64,000 bases of DNA from Candidatus Babeliales bacterium (GTDB lineage: Bacteria; Babelota; Babeliae; Babelales; JANWKD01), in assembly GCA_963722075.1 (NCBI GenBank), contig CAVRJM010000001.1, positions 768,001-832,000 on the forward strand, in the 5' to 3' direction. Numbering within the stretch: position 1 is the stretch's first letter; each line of letters starts with the position of its first letter. Below are positions 1 through 9,183 of this stretch, piece after piece. The position numbers were made by a program, and so were the translations under genes. The notes beneath the pieces are model-generated. The model made no database searches, was not told where the DNA came from, and saw only the letters and a program-made list of their open reading frames with translations.

Positions 1-19
1 AATATATTGCATATCTTGT

Positions 20-997
<978 letters not shown>

Positions 998-1023
998 TTA
1001 TAAAATCTAAAAAGGAGTAATGA

Positions 1024-1863
1024 ATGCAATTATTATTTTCCTCATTTTATCACTATTTTATTTTTTTTGGCTGGCGTGATTGCCTAGAAATTATATTTTT
1101 TTCATCAATATTTTACTTTTTTTCACGGTGGTTATTCTCCGATACACAAAAAAACTTATTATTCTCTTTTTACAACTATTGGCTTATTGCATTTGCATCC
1201 TATTTTTTACAACTCACCAGTATTACTTTCTTTCTTTTTGCTTTTGCGCCAGTAATTTGCGTAATATTTATAGTAATACATCAAAAAACATTACAGAAAA
1301 ATTTTATCAGCTATACCAACAAAACTTCTATTGCAAAAGATACAGATCATTGGCTTGATACCTTGGTACGTTTATGTTTACAAACTGCTCATAAAGATAA
1401 ACAACTTTTTTTTATTATCGAGCGTTACTCTTCTTTGCAAGATTTTTTAAACATACCATTCAAGATACATACAGATTTCAATAATGCATTACTTTCCATG
1501 CTTATAGATGCCCCTTCATTTGAGCAAAGTAAATTTATTTTAATGAATCACGAAGGATATTTATTAGGTATAAATGTAAGCAGTAAAATAACTATTGATA
1601 AAGAATGGATCGACACAACATTACTTAATAGCCAAACGTACAAAGATCATAGCTACTTATTAACGCATCAAACTGACGCACTCATTGTAGGTGTTACTCC
1701 TCAACTAAAACCATTTACGGTAATTTTCGATGGTACGTTTTATGAGCAGTTAACAACAGAAGCTGCAATGCGCTTACTTAAAAGATTCATACTTACTCAA
1801 AATCAAAAGGATTTTAAAAATGGTTACCTTAAAAAAACTAGTCACCACCAGCTCAGTCGTTAA
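1024..1863 (+). CDS. CdaA/DacA-like membrane protein with a degenerate diadenylate cyclase (DisA_N) domain
   Basis: Three N-terminal TM segments; IIERxxxLQDF and TDALIVGV resemble CdaA; first gene of a cdaA-cdaR-glmM arrangement; DGA and RHR motifs absent. Confidence 0.7.
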   Translation: MQLLFSSFYHYFIFFGWRDCLEIIFFSSIFYFFSRWLFSDTQKNLLFSFYNYWLIAFASYFLQLTSITFFLFAFAPVICVIFIVIHQKTLQKNFISYTNKTSIAKDTDHWLDTLVRLCLQTAHKDKQLFFIIERYSSLQDFLNIPFKIHTDFNNALLSMLIDAPSFEQSKFILMNHEGYLLGINVSSKITIDKEWIDTTLLNSQTYKDHSYLLTHQTDALIVGVTPQLKPFTVIFDGTFYEQLTTEAAMRLLKRFILTQNQKDFKNGYLKKTSHHQLSR

Positions 1864-2203
1864 AATAACTTCATGTATCATTGGATTTTGTTTTTGGTTT
1901 ATTTTAAGTGACTTTCGTGCCATAGAAATAACATATACCGTTCCAATTTCTTTTTACAATGACGAGCACTATAGTATTGAAGCACCAGAAACTATTACCG
2001 TTCAATTAAAGGGACATAAAACAGATTTTTATGCAGCAGACCTCACATCATTAACAGCGATAGTCGATCTTAAACAATTACATGAAGGAACAAATCATAT
2101 TATTTTAACCGAAGAAAATTTATTTTTACCTCCTGAAATTAAATTGGTACACTATACTCCATTAAATATAGTAGTAATGGTAAAAAATAAAAATCTGGTA
2201 TAA
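1820..2203 (+). CDS. CdaR/YbbR-like protein (single YbbR domain)
   Basis: N-terminal TM (KITSCIIGFCFWF), PETITVQLKG, AIVDLxxLxEG and LPPEIKLV pattern; lies between the cdaA-like gene and glmM. Confidence 0.75.
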   Translation: MVTLKKLVTTSSVVKITSCIIGFCFWFILSDFRAIEITYTVPISFYNDEHYSIEAPETITVQLKGHKTDFYAADLTSLTAIVDLKQLHEGTNHIILTEENLFLPPEIKLVHYTPLNIVVMVKNKNLV

Positions 2204-2207
2204 GTCA

Positions 2208-3527
2208 ATGATTGATAATATTTTTGGTACCGATGGTATCCGGGCAACAATGGGCACTGCTACGCTTACCCCCCTCCTGCTCCAGCAACTGGGTAAAGCA
2301 ATTGCTCAATGGTCAATTAATAAATATAATAAAAATCCTAAAATCCTTTTAGGGCATGATACGCGCATTTCATGTGATCTGGTTAAATCGGCACTGAAAT
2401 CAGGGTTATTATTATATCCGATCCAAATATTTGATGGCCATATCTTAACATCCCCTGCAGTGTGTCAACTTATTGCTTTTCAAGAACATTTTGATTGTGG
2501 CATTATTATTTCGGCATCCCATAATCCGTATCATGATAATGGTATTAAGATTATTGATAAAACAGGTAAATTATCTTTAGATGATGAATTAATGATCTCT
2601 GCACTTTTTCAAGAACAAAATACTCATCATAATTACCTGCATTTAGGATCTGAAATCTTCTGGTCTCAAGCTGAACAGTCTTATATAAATACACTCAGTA
2701 GTTTTTTTACTAAGAATTTCTTAATTGGTAAAAAAATTATTTTAGATTGCGCACATGGCGCATCTTTTCGATTAGCCCCACAAATTTTTAATCAATTTGG
2801 CGCAACAACTATTATTTTGCATAATCAACCCGATGGCTGTAATATAAATCATAATTGTGGTGCTTTACATCCACTTTCACTACAAAAAGCCGTTATTGAA
2901 CATCAAGCTGACGCGGGTTTTGCCTTTGATGGGGACGCTGACCGTGTAATTGTCGTCAATAAAAATGGTCAGATTAAAGATGGCGATGATATTTTAGCCC
3001 TCTTACTAAATCACCCCCACTATAAACATACCACACAGGTAGTTGGAACCATTATGAGCAATCAAGGATTTGAGTTTTTCCTCAACAACCAAAGTAAAAC
3101 GTTAATTAGAACAGCAGTAGGCGATAAATATGTCTGTGCTAGTTTAGTAGAAAAAGGCCTTATTTTAGGCGGTGAACCATCAGGGCATATAATAGTCCGC
3201 GATTATCTTAATACCGGTGATGGTATCTTTATAGCATTACGTGTGCTAGAATCTCTTATTATTAATGATAATTGGAAAATGGAAACATTCGAAAAATTCC
3301 CTCAAGTGCTTCTTAATGTTCCCGTTTTACAAAGAAAGGATCTAGCTTCAAATCCATACGAACAAATTATTACTCGCTGGCGTAATGAATTACAGAGTGG
3401 CCGTATAATTATACGGTACTCAGGAACGGAAAATCTTTTACGAATTATGATCGAAGATAATGATTACCATCATGCTCATGCTATTGGAGATCGATTAGTC
3501 CAACAATTATTGGAAGTTTTAAATTAA
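2208..3527 (+). CDS. glmM: Phosphoglucosamine mutase
   Basis: FGTDGIR, ISASHNP, FDGDADR, GGEPSGH and RYSGTE motifs. Confidence 0.95.
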   Translation: MIDNIFGTDGIRATMGTATLTPLLLQQLGKAIAQWSINKYNKNPKILLGHDTRISCDLVKSALKSGLLLYPIQIFDGHILTSPAVCQLIAFQEHFDCGIIISASHNPYHDNGIKIIDKTGKLSLDDELMISALFQEQNTHHNYLHLGSEIFWSQAEQSYINTLSSFFTKNFLIGKKIILDCAHGASFRLAPQIFNQFGATTIILHNQPDGCNINHNCGALHPLSLQKAVIEHQADAGFAFDGDADRVIVVNKNGQIKDGDDILALLLNHPHYKHTTQVVGTIMSNQGFEFFLNNQSKTLIRTAVGDKYVCASLVEKGLILGGEPSGHIIVRDYLNTGDGIFIALRVLESLIINDNWKMETFEKFPQVLLNVPVLQRKDLASNPYEQIITRWRNELQSGRIIIRYSGTENLLRIMIEDNDYHHAHAIGDRLVQQLLEVLN

Positions 3528-3531
3528 CGTT

Positions 3532-4158
3532 ATGTTTAAAGAAAAAATTATTATTTTGTTAAATCACATTCGCTCGATTTTTTTAAATGGTCTTTTTACC
3601 ATTTTACCCTTTACCTTAACTATCGCTCTTTTTAGATTAAGTTATCGCGTAATTAATAATTGGTTACAACCAATTTATGATTTAGAGCCTCCTTACTTAC
3701 AAACAATTCCAGGTTCGCATATTATTGTCGTTTTACTGGTAATTTTTCTGGTTGGGCTTCTCATTAAACTTTTCTTTCTAGAACCACTTATCCATCTTTT
3801 GGAATCAGTTTTTGCTAAAATACCCCTCTTAAAACAAGTATATGGTGGCACTAAACAATTGGTACAAGCATTTAATATTCAAGATGAATTGGCATTTAAA
3901 AAAATTGTTATGGTACCATTTCCAACACCCTCTAGTTTTTGCATTGGTTTTTTAACTAGTGAATTCCCTCCTCAAGTAGTCAATTTCAGCACTGAGCGTT
4001 TTTTCAATATCTTTATCCCCACCACCCCTAATCCCACCAGCGGTTTTTTAATTCAGGTTGCAGAAAAAGATATTATAGTTATTAATTTAACACGCCAAGA
4101 AGCGATGTCATTAATTATTTCGGGCGGCATTATTCAACCTGAGCGATTTAAAAAATAG
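3532..4158 (+). CDS. DUF502 family membrane protein
   Basis: FIPTTPNPTSGF and IISGG signature with TM segments. Confidence 0.85.
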   Translation: MFKEKIIILLNHIRSIFLNGLFTILPFTLTIALFRLSYRVINNWLQPIYDLEPPYLQTIPGSHIIVVLLVIFLVGLLIKLFFLEPLIHLLESVFAKIPLLKQVYGGTKQLVQAFNIQDELAFKKIVMVPFPTPSSFCIGFLTSEFPPQVVNFSTERFFNIFIPTTPNPTSGFLIQVAEKDIIVINLTRQEAMSLIISGGIIQPERFKK

Positions 4159-4173
4159 ATCGATTGTTAGTTA

Positions 4174-4530
4174 TTATTTAGGATGACCCTTTGTACTTAT
4201 GCCCCATTGTTGATTTTTTTCATTTTGCCAAATCCATAATTCTGCGTCTCTTTTAGGAACAAAACCTCCACTAATAGGTATATTGCCAAAATTTTCATTT
4301 TTAATGAAAATCGATGCACTACCAAAGTCAGAATTTAGAGGGAAATTATGAGAACTTTCTCCCACCGGTACATATATACCCGTCACAAAAACCCCACTAT
4401 GTAAACTTAATGTTACATCTTTTTTACTTAAATTATGTATAGTTACTTGTTTCTCTGCTGTATATAGTGCCGTGTATATTACTGAGCAGCTCAAACAAAG
4501 TATAAATACCATATTTTTTTTATTTATCAT
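4174..4530 (-). CDS. Hypothetical exported protein
   Basis: 118-aa ORF with signal peptide and AAAGG RBS. Confidence 0.6.
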   Translation of the reverse strand: MINKKNMVFILCLSCSVIYTALYTAEKQVTIHNLSKKDVTLSLHSGVFVTGIYVPVGESSHNFPLNSDFGSASIFIKNENFGNIPISGGFVPKRDAELWIWQNEKNQQWGISTKGHPK

Positions 4531-4564
4531 ATCTACCTTTCTTTTTTTTGTTTTTTACAAATGA

Positions 4565-4900
4565 CTATAATAACGGCTTGGTATCTTTGGTAGTACCTAT
4601 CGGCTTATCTTCAGAAGTGCCGCGATGGTAATTATAAGAACCATATCTTTTTCTGGTAGCTCGCTGTAATTGCCATAATCTTATTCTTCTATTACGTTCT
4701 TGCGCTATTGCCATATCAGTAGCAGCTGCACGCGATAAGTCTATTTTTTTCTTCTTTTTTAATTCAGGTGCCACTTCTGGAACATATAACATTCTTCCAC
4801 TTAACCCGCTATATAAATTGGGCCTTTTACTTTCCATAATAGGATATAATTTGAGCGGTATTAGACCTACAAAAATGTAATAATATAATCGATTTTTCAT
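4565..4900 (-). CDS. Hypothetical exported basic protein (signal + xME)
   Basis: Signal-like N-terminus ending PIME; KKKKK stretch; GAGGGG RBS. Confidence 0.6.
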   Translation of the reverse strand: MKNRLYYYIFVGLIPLKLYPIMESKRPNLYSGLSGRMLYVPEVAPELKKKKKIDLSRAAATDMAIAQERNRRIRLWQLQRATRKRYGSYNYHRGTSEDKPIGTTKDTKPLL

Positions 4901-5095
4901 ACAATTAATTCCCCTCTTCTAGTTATTAATATACTGCTATTTTCAACAATAAAACAATAAATAGCCGTTTCTGAGTGAATACGTGGCCCCATAAATTGAT
5001 GGTTTTTAATTTTAAAAATTATTGCTATTAGAATAATATATGGTGTAATATAAGAAGTAGAATAGGAGCAAAATAGTAAAAAAGGAGAATAACGT

Positions 5096-5248
5096 ATGGC
5101 TAAAGACTTAAATCCACCAAAAAAAGGTAATCACCACCCAAAACCTGATAACTATACAGCTCCTCATGTTGGGCAACGTAAAGAAGGCTCAAGCAAAACT
5201 GATGAACGTGAAACTCAAAAACAAAAAGTTAATAAAGATGTTTGTTAA
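5096..5248 (+). CDS. Small basic hydrophilic protein, 50 aa (MAKDLNPPKKGNHHPK...NKDVC); not in ORF track
   Basis: Translated by hand; AAGGAG RBS upstream of ATG 5096; TAA ends at 5248. Confidence 0.7.
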   Translation: MAKDLNPPKKGNHHPKPDNYTAPHVGQRKEGSSKTDERETQKQKVNKDVC

Positions 5249-5316
5249 TTAGTTAAAAAATAATGTAGTGTTTGTAATTATTTTTTTTATTTATTTATTT
5301 TTAAAAGGAGTCAATC

Positions 5317-5517
5317 ATGGCTAAACATGAAAAAAAAGAAGCAGGACATCAAGGTAAAGAAGCAACGCATCACGGTGATACTGCAAAACATGGTCAAGCT
5401 AAACATACCGGTTCACACCAAACACCTCATGCAGGATCTGCAAAACATGGCCACACGAATTCAAAATGGGAAAATACTTCAAAAACTGGTAAGTTAGGTA
5501 AAGAAGAAAAGAAGTAA
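5317..5517 (+). CDS. Small His/Lys-rich protein, 66 aa
   Basis: AAGGAG RBS; repeated AKHG motif. Confidence 0.75.
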   Translation: MAKHEKKEAGHQGKEATHHGDTAKHGQAKHTGSHQTPHAGSAKHGHTNSKWENTSKTGKLGKEEKK

Positions 5518-5596
5518 GAAGAAGCTGCTGCTGGGCAGAAAATTCTAACTTTTACTCATATCTTGAGTATATTATATTTATAATTAGGAGGTTATC

Positions 5597-5728
5597 ATGG
5601 CATACCATAAAGCACATAAATCACATCACAAAAAGGCAAGTTCAACGCATCATCATAAAAAATTCAACTCAAAAGCTCATCCACGAAATAAGCTTGGCCA
5701 ATTTGTGAAGAAAAGCAAATCACGATAA
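5597..5728 (+). CDS. Small His/Lys-rich protein, 43 aa (MAYHKAHKSHHKK...HPRNKLGQFVKKSKSR); not in ORF track
   Basis: AGGAGG RBS; translated by hand; no acidic residues. Confidence 0.75.
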   Translation: MAYHKAHKSHHKKASSTHHHKKFNSKAHPRNKLGQFVKKSKSR

Positions 5729-5746
5729 ATAATCACGTCATTTTAT

Positions 5747-5778
5747 AAGTAAGAACGGATAACAATCCGTTCTTACTT
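5747..5778. terminator. Perfect 14-bp hairpin (terminator or mRNA-stabilising stem)
   Basis: AAGTAAGAACGGAT-AACA-ATCCGTTCTTACTT. Confidence 0.6.
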
Positions 5779-5797
5779 TACTTTTAAGGAGGTTACA

Positions 5798-5974
5798 ATG
5801 GCACATAAAAATGGTAATAAAAATCTTATAGAAAAATCGTGGGAAACAATTAGTTCATGGTTTTCTAAACCTACCCGTAAAGAAGCCCATAAAAATCATC
5901 ATAAAACCTATGAGGATATTCAAAAACATATAAGAAATGAGCAAAAAACACCTAAAAACCATACGAAATTGTGA
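5798..5974 (+). CDS. Small His/Lys-rich protein, 58 aa (MAHKNGNKNLIEKSW...KNHTKL); not in ORF track
   Basis: TAAGGAGG RBS; translated by hand. Confidence 0.75.
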   Translation: MAHKNGNKNLIEKSWETISSWFSKPTRKEAHKNHHKTYEDIQKHIRNEQKTPKNHTKL

Positions 5975-5982
5975 GAGAAAAC

Positions 5983-6156
5983 ATGGTATATAGATATAAA
6001 ATAAGGGCAGAAGAGTCTAAAAAGAATAAAAAAAAAGTAAAAAAGGCCGATCAAAGTAAAGCTACTGATGAAAATAACCGCTATGGACAATCAGTCCCTA
6101 TATTAGAAGAAGAACGTGTAAATCCCCATATTATTGATGAACATGGGGAATATTAA
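5983..6156 (+). CDS. Small protein with basic N-terminal half and acidic C-terminal half
   Basis: ORF 5971..6156; ATG at 5983 more likely than the GTG start. Confidence 0.6.
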   Translation: MVYRYKIRAEESKKNKKKVKKADQSKATDENNRYGQSVPILEEERVNPHIIDEHGEY

Positions 6157-6158
6157 AA

Positions 6159-7154
6159 TTATTTCGTTTCTTCAAATACCTTTTTGATTGAAGCTAAGCT
6201 TCCCATTAATGAACTTGCTTCATAAGGGATCAACATCAATTTACCTTCTTTATCTTTAGTAATTTCAGGCAACGTTTTTATATATTGCATAGCAATTAAA
6301 TAGGGCAAAGGATCACCATTAGGTATTGCATGCTGAATCATAGTAATCGCTTGTGCCTCTGCTTGTGTAATTTTCAATCGCGCTTCTGCTTGTCCTTCAG
6401 CCTCAATAATATTCCCTTGAGCAGTTCCTTGCGCTTTCAAAATATCAGCTTCTCTAACCCCTTCTGCTTCTAAAATAGCAGCTCTTTTTTTACCTTCAGA
6501 TTCTAAGATAACTGCACGACGATCCCGTTCTGCTCTCATTTGCTTTTCCATAGCGATACGAATATCATGCGGTGGATTAACTTCTTGCAGTTCAACGCGG
6601 TTAACTTTTACACCCCACTTATCCGTCGCTTCATCTAAAATAATGCGCAATTTATTATTAATGGCATCTCTAGAAACAAGCGTTTCATCTAAATCCATAG
6701 CGCCAATTACGTTTCGTAAGGTGGTTTGCGTCAATTTTTCGATTGCTTCTGAAAGATTGGCAACCTCATATACCGCTGCCTTGGGATCAGTTATTTGATA
6801 ATATAATAAGGCGTTAATTTCCATCATTACGTTATCTCGAGTAATTACATTTTGCTTAGGAAAATCATAGACCGATTCACGCAAATCAAGGCGATTTGCT
6901 ATTTTAGTAAAACGATGATATCGCTTACCTTCTCCTTCTATCACTAAATATGACCATTGTACCGAGCGTGGTTTTTCAACAAACGGCACAATTACATGTA
7001 ATCCTGCATGCAATGTTTTACTATAACGACCAAATCGCTCAATAACCATAGCTTCAGCTTGTTGAATTAAGTAAACAGTCTTTAGCAAAAAAATAATACT
7101 AAAAATAATTAATGTACTTAAAAAAATTAATCCAATGGGAATAAAATATAACAT
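6159..7154 (-). CDS. SPFH/band 7 (stomatin-like, QmcA type) protein
   Basis: ERFGRY, RNVIGAMDLDETL, KWGVKVNRVE, MEKQMRAERDRRA. Confidence 0.92.
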   Translation of the reverse strand: MLYFIPIGLIFLSTLIIFSIIFLLKTVYLIQQAEAMVIERFGRYSKTLHAGLHVIVPFVEKPRSVQWSYLVIEGEGKRYHRFTKIANRLDLRESVYDFPKQNVITRDNVMMEINALLYYQITDPKAAVYEVANLSEAIEKLTQTTLRNVIGAMDLDETLVSRDAINNKLRIILDEATDKWGVKVNRVELQEVNPPHDIRIAMEKQMRAERDRRAVILESEGKKRAAILEAEGVREADILKAQGTAQGNIIEAEGQAEARLKITQAEAQAITMIQHAIPNGDPLPYLIAMQYIKTLPEITKDKEGKLMLIPYEASSLMGSLASIKKVFEETK

Positions 7155-7163
7155 GATACAACC

Positions 7164-7610
7164 TTAATTAGAAATTTGAACTCTTTTTACCATACAATGA
7201 CAACCGCTAATGGTAATAACTTCAACCACCGAACCTATCGGACAATGTTCTGCTGATTGGGCTAACCAAATCTGATTATCAACCACTATGTATCCCTTTT
7301 GTAAAGGGGTAATTTCATGGGTTACCACCCCATGGGCCCCTTGAAGGGCGAATGTATTAGTTTTTAAGCTTTTAGGAATAGTTTTTTTCTCTATTTTTTG
7401 CAACCATAAGGTTAAGGCAATGAAAATAACCAAAAAACTTCCAAAAAAAATATATATTTGTTCTTGAAACGAAAAACCAAATAGGCTACTAACAACTCCT
7501 GCCAAAGAAGCTAAGGAAATTGAAAGGAAAAGGAAAAGCCCCGGGTTAATCACTTCTAGTATTAAAAATATAAGTCCAATGATAAGCCAATAATATAATA
7601 AATTTGTCAT
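7164..7610 (-). CDS. NfeD-like (YbbJ) membrane protein
   Basis: TM helices plus C-terminal OB-like GYIVVDNQIWLA; directly upstream of the SPFH gene. Confidence 0.85.
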   Translation of the reverse strand: MTNLLYYWLIIGLIFLILEVINPGLFLFLSISLASLAGVVSSLFGFSFQEQIYIFFGSFLVIFIALTLWLQKIEKKTIPKSLKTNTFALQGAHGVVTHEITPLQKGYIVVDNQIWLAQSAEHCPIGSVVEVITISGCHCMVKRVQISN

Positions 7611-7876
7611 AATATCGTTATTTGTTATTTTTTATATTTAGTATATCAACAATTGGTAATTTTTCAATCCAGATGAAATAAAATACAAATATAACAATTT
7701 GTAAAAATAATTTATTTAATAATTTTCTAAGTATTGCTTTTTATGTAATTAATTGCTTATCATAATAATGTAACAACATGAATTCGATCTAAAAAAACTT
7801 AAATTAAATGTTTATGGAATATTAAGCATATGCCTAAAAATCCAGTTATAAAAATATAAAGACTTTTATTTATTCA

Positions 7877-7951
7877 CTGGATCCCCACGCTAACGCTCGG
7901 GATGACAAGGTGAAACAACAAATTGTCATTGCGAGCTTGCGTGGCAATCCA
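7877..7951. repeat. REP/RPE-like palindromic element, copy A
   Basis: CTGGATCCCCACG..TCGGGATGAC facing GTCATTGCGAG..CGTGGCAATCCA; GC-rich island in AT-rich intergenic DNA. Confidence 0.75.
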
Positions 7952-7973
7952 TTTATAAAATTAAAGGGACTGT

Positions 7974-8192
7974 ATGAAAAAAATTATTTTTACTTACCTC
8001 TGCTCACAATCATTAATAATTAATGCAGCAATCGATTTTACTCAAGATCGTCCACTTACTACTGATATAAACCCGGTTCTCAACCAATTATATGTTGAGC
8101 CTGAAAATCCTACCCGCCGTTGTGGCTGCAACCACCGAAAAAATAGATGGGCACGCTGTAATAAGCGTTCATTAAAGGTTAAAAATAAATAA
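7974..8192 (+). CDS. Small exported protein with a basic Cys-containing tail
   Basis: MKKII signal peptide; AAGGGA RBS. Confidence 0.55.
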   Translation: MKKIIFTYLCSQSLIINAAIDFTQDRPLTTDINPVLNQLYVEPENPTRRCGCNHRKNRWARCNKRSLKVKNK

Positions 8193-8271
8193 TTTTTCTA
8201 ATGATTGCATAACTAATCGTATTCTTTTACAGTTAAAATAAATAATTTTATTTTATATCTGTTATTATGCG

Positions 8272-9177
8272 ATGAATAATACAAAATATATATTGAGCCT
8301 ATTTTTGTTAATGGTGATAACTGGCTGCAAAAAAATAGCAGATCCTTCTCATTTAAATTATGCTTCGGTTTCTTGTACAAAGCCATCTAATATCTCTAGC
8401 GTTAGCCAACAACCTAAAGCTATAACCATATGGATTCATGGGACCCGCGTTTTTTTTTCAAAATTCATATTGCCCAATTTTTTCTATACTCGCATTGGTC
8501 TCCATAATGCCCTAGAATTTGATAAGAAATATCATATCCGTGAAATTGCAGATATTTTATGCCAGTATCAGCCTTCCAGATATGATATCCGTGATTTTTA
8601 CTTTTATGGATGGTCCGGAAAGTTAAGTTTTAAAGCTCGTTATAAAGCTGCTCACAAATTATTTAAATTATTGATTAATATAATCAACGAGTATGAGCAA
8701 AAATATGGACATAGGCCAAAAATACGTATAATAACCCATAGCCATGGCGGCAATGTAGCCCTTAATTTAGCTCATTTTAATATAGATTTAGCACTTATTA
8801 TTGATGAATTAATATTACTTGCCTGTCCGGTACAAAATAGAACTTGTCATTTAAGCAAACATGAGATGTTTAAAAAAATTTATTCATTATACTCTCGTTT
8901 TGATTCATTCCAGATTATTGATCCTCAACGGGTTTATTATTGGCTCAAAAAGGATACTTTTGGTTCTTCATATGAAAAACCTGATTCCTTTTTTTCAAGA
9001 CGCCGTTTTGATCCGCATAGTACCATTAAACAAGTTCCTTTAAAATTTAATAATCGCGGTATCATGCATATTGAATTTATTACTAACAAATTTGTAACTG
9101 CTTTGCCAGCGATTTTGGATGAAATAGACTCATGGGATGAAACGACCAAAGATTTTATTTGCATAAAATCTAAATAA
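8272..9177 (+). CDS. Alpha/beta-hydrolase-fold lipoprotein (lipase/esterase-like)
   Basis: Lipobox-like ITGC; IHGT, WSG and THSHGGN nucleophile elbow; late His (MHIEF). Confidence 0.7.
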   Translation: MNNTKYILSLFLLMVITGCKKIADPSHLNYASVSCTKPSNISSVSQQPKAITIWIHGTRVFFSKFILPNFFYTRIGLHNALEFDKKYHIREIADILCQYQPSRYDIRDFYFYGWSGKLSFKARYKAAHKLFKLLINIINEYEQKYGHRPKIRIITHSHGGNVALNLAHFNIDLALIIDELILLACPVQNRTCHLSKHEMFKKIYSLYSRFDSFQIIDPQRVYYWLKKDTFGSSYEKPDSFFSRRRFDPHSTIKQVPLKFNNRGIMHIEFITNKFVTALPAILDEIDSWDETTKDFICIKSK

Positions 9178-9183
9178 AAAACT

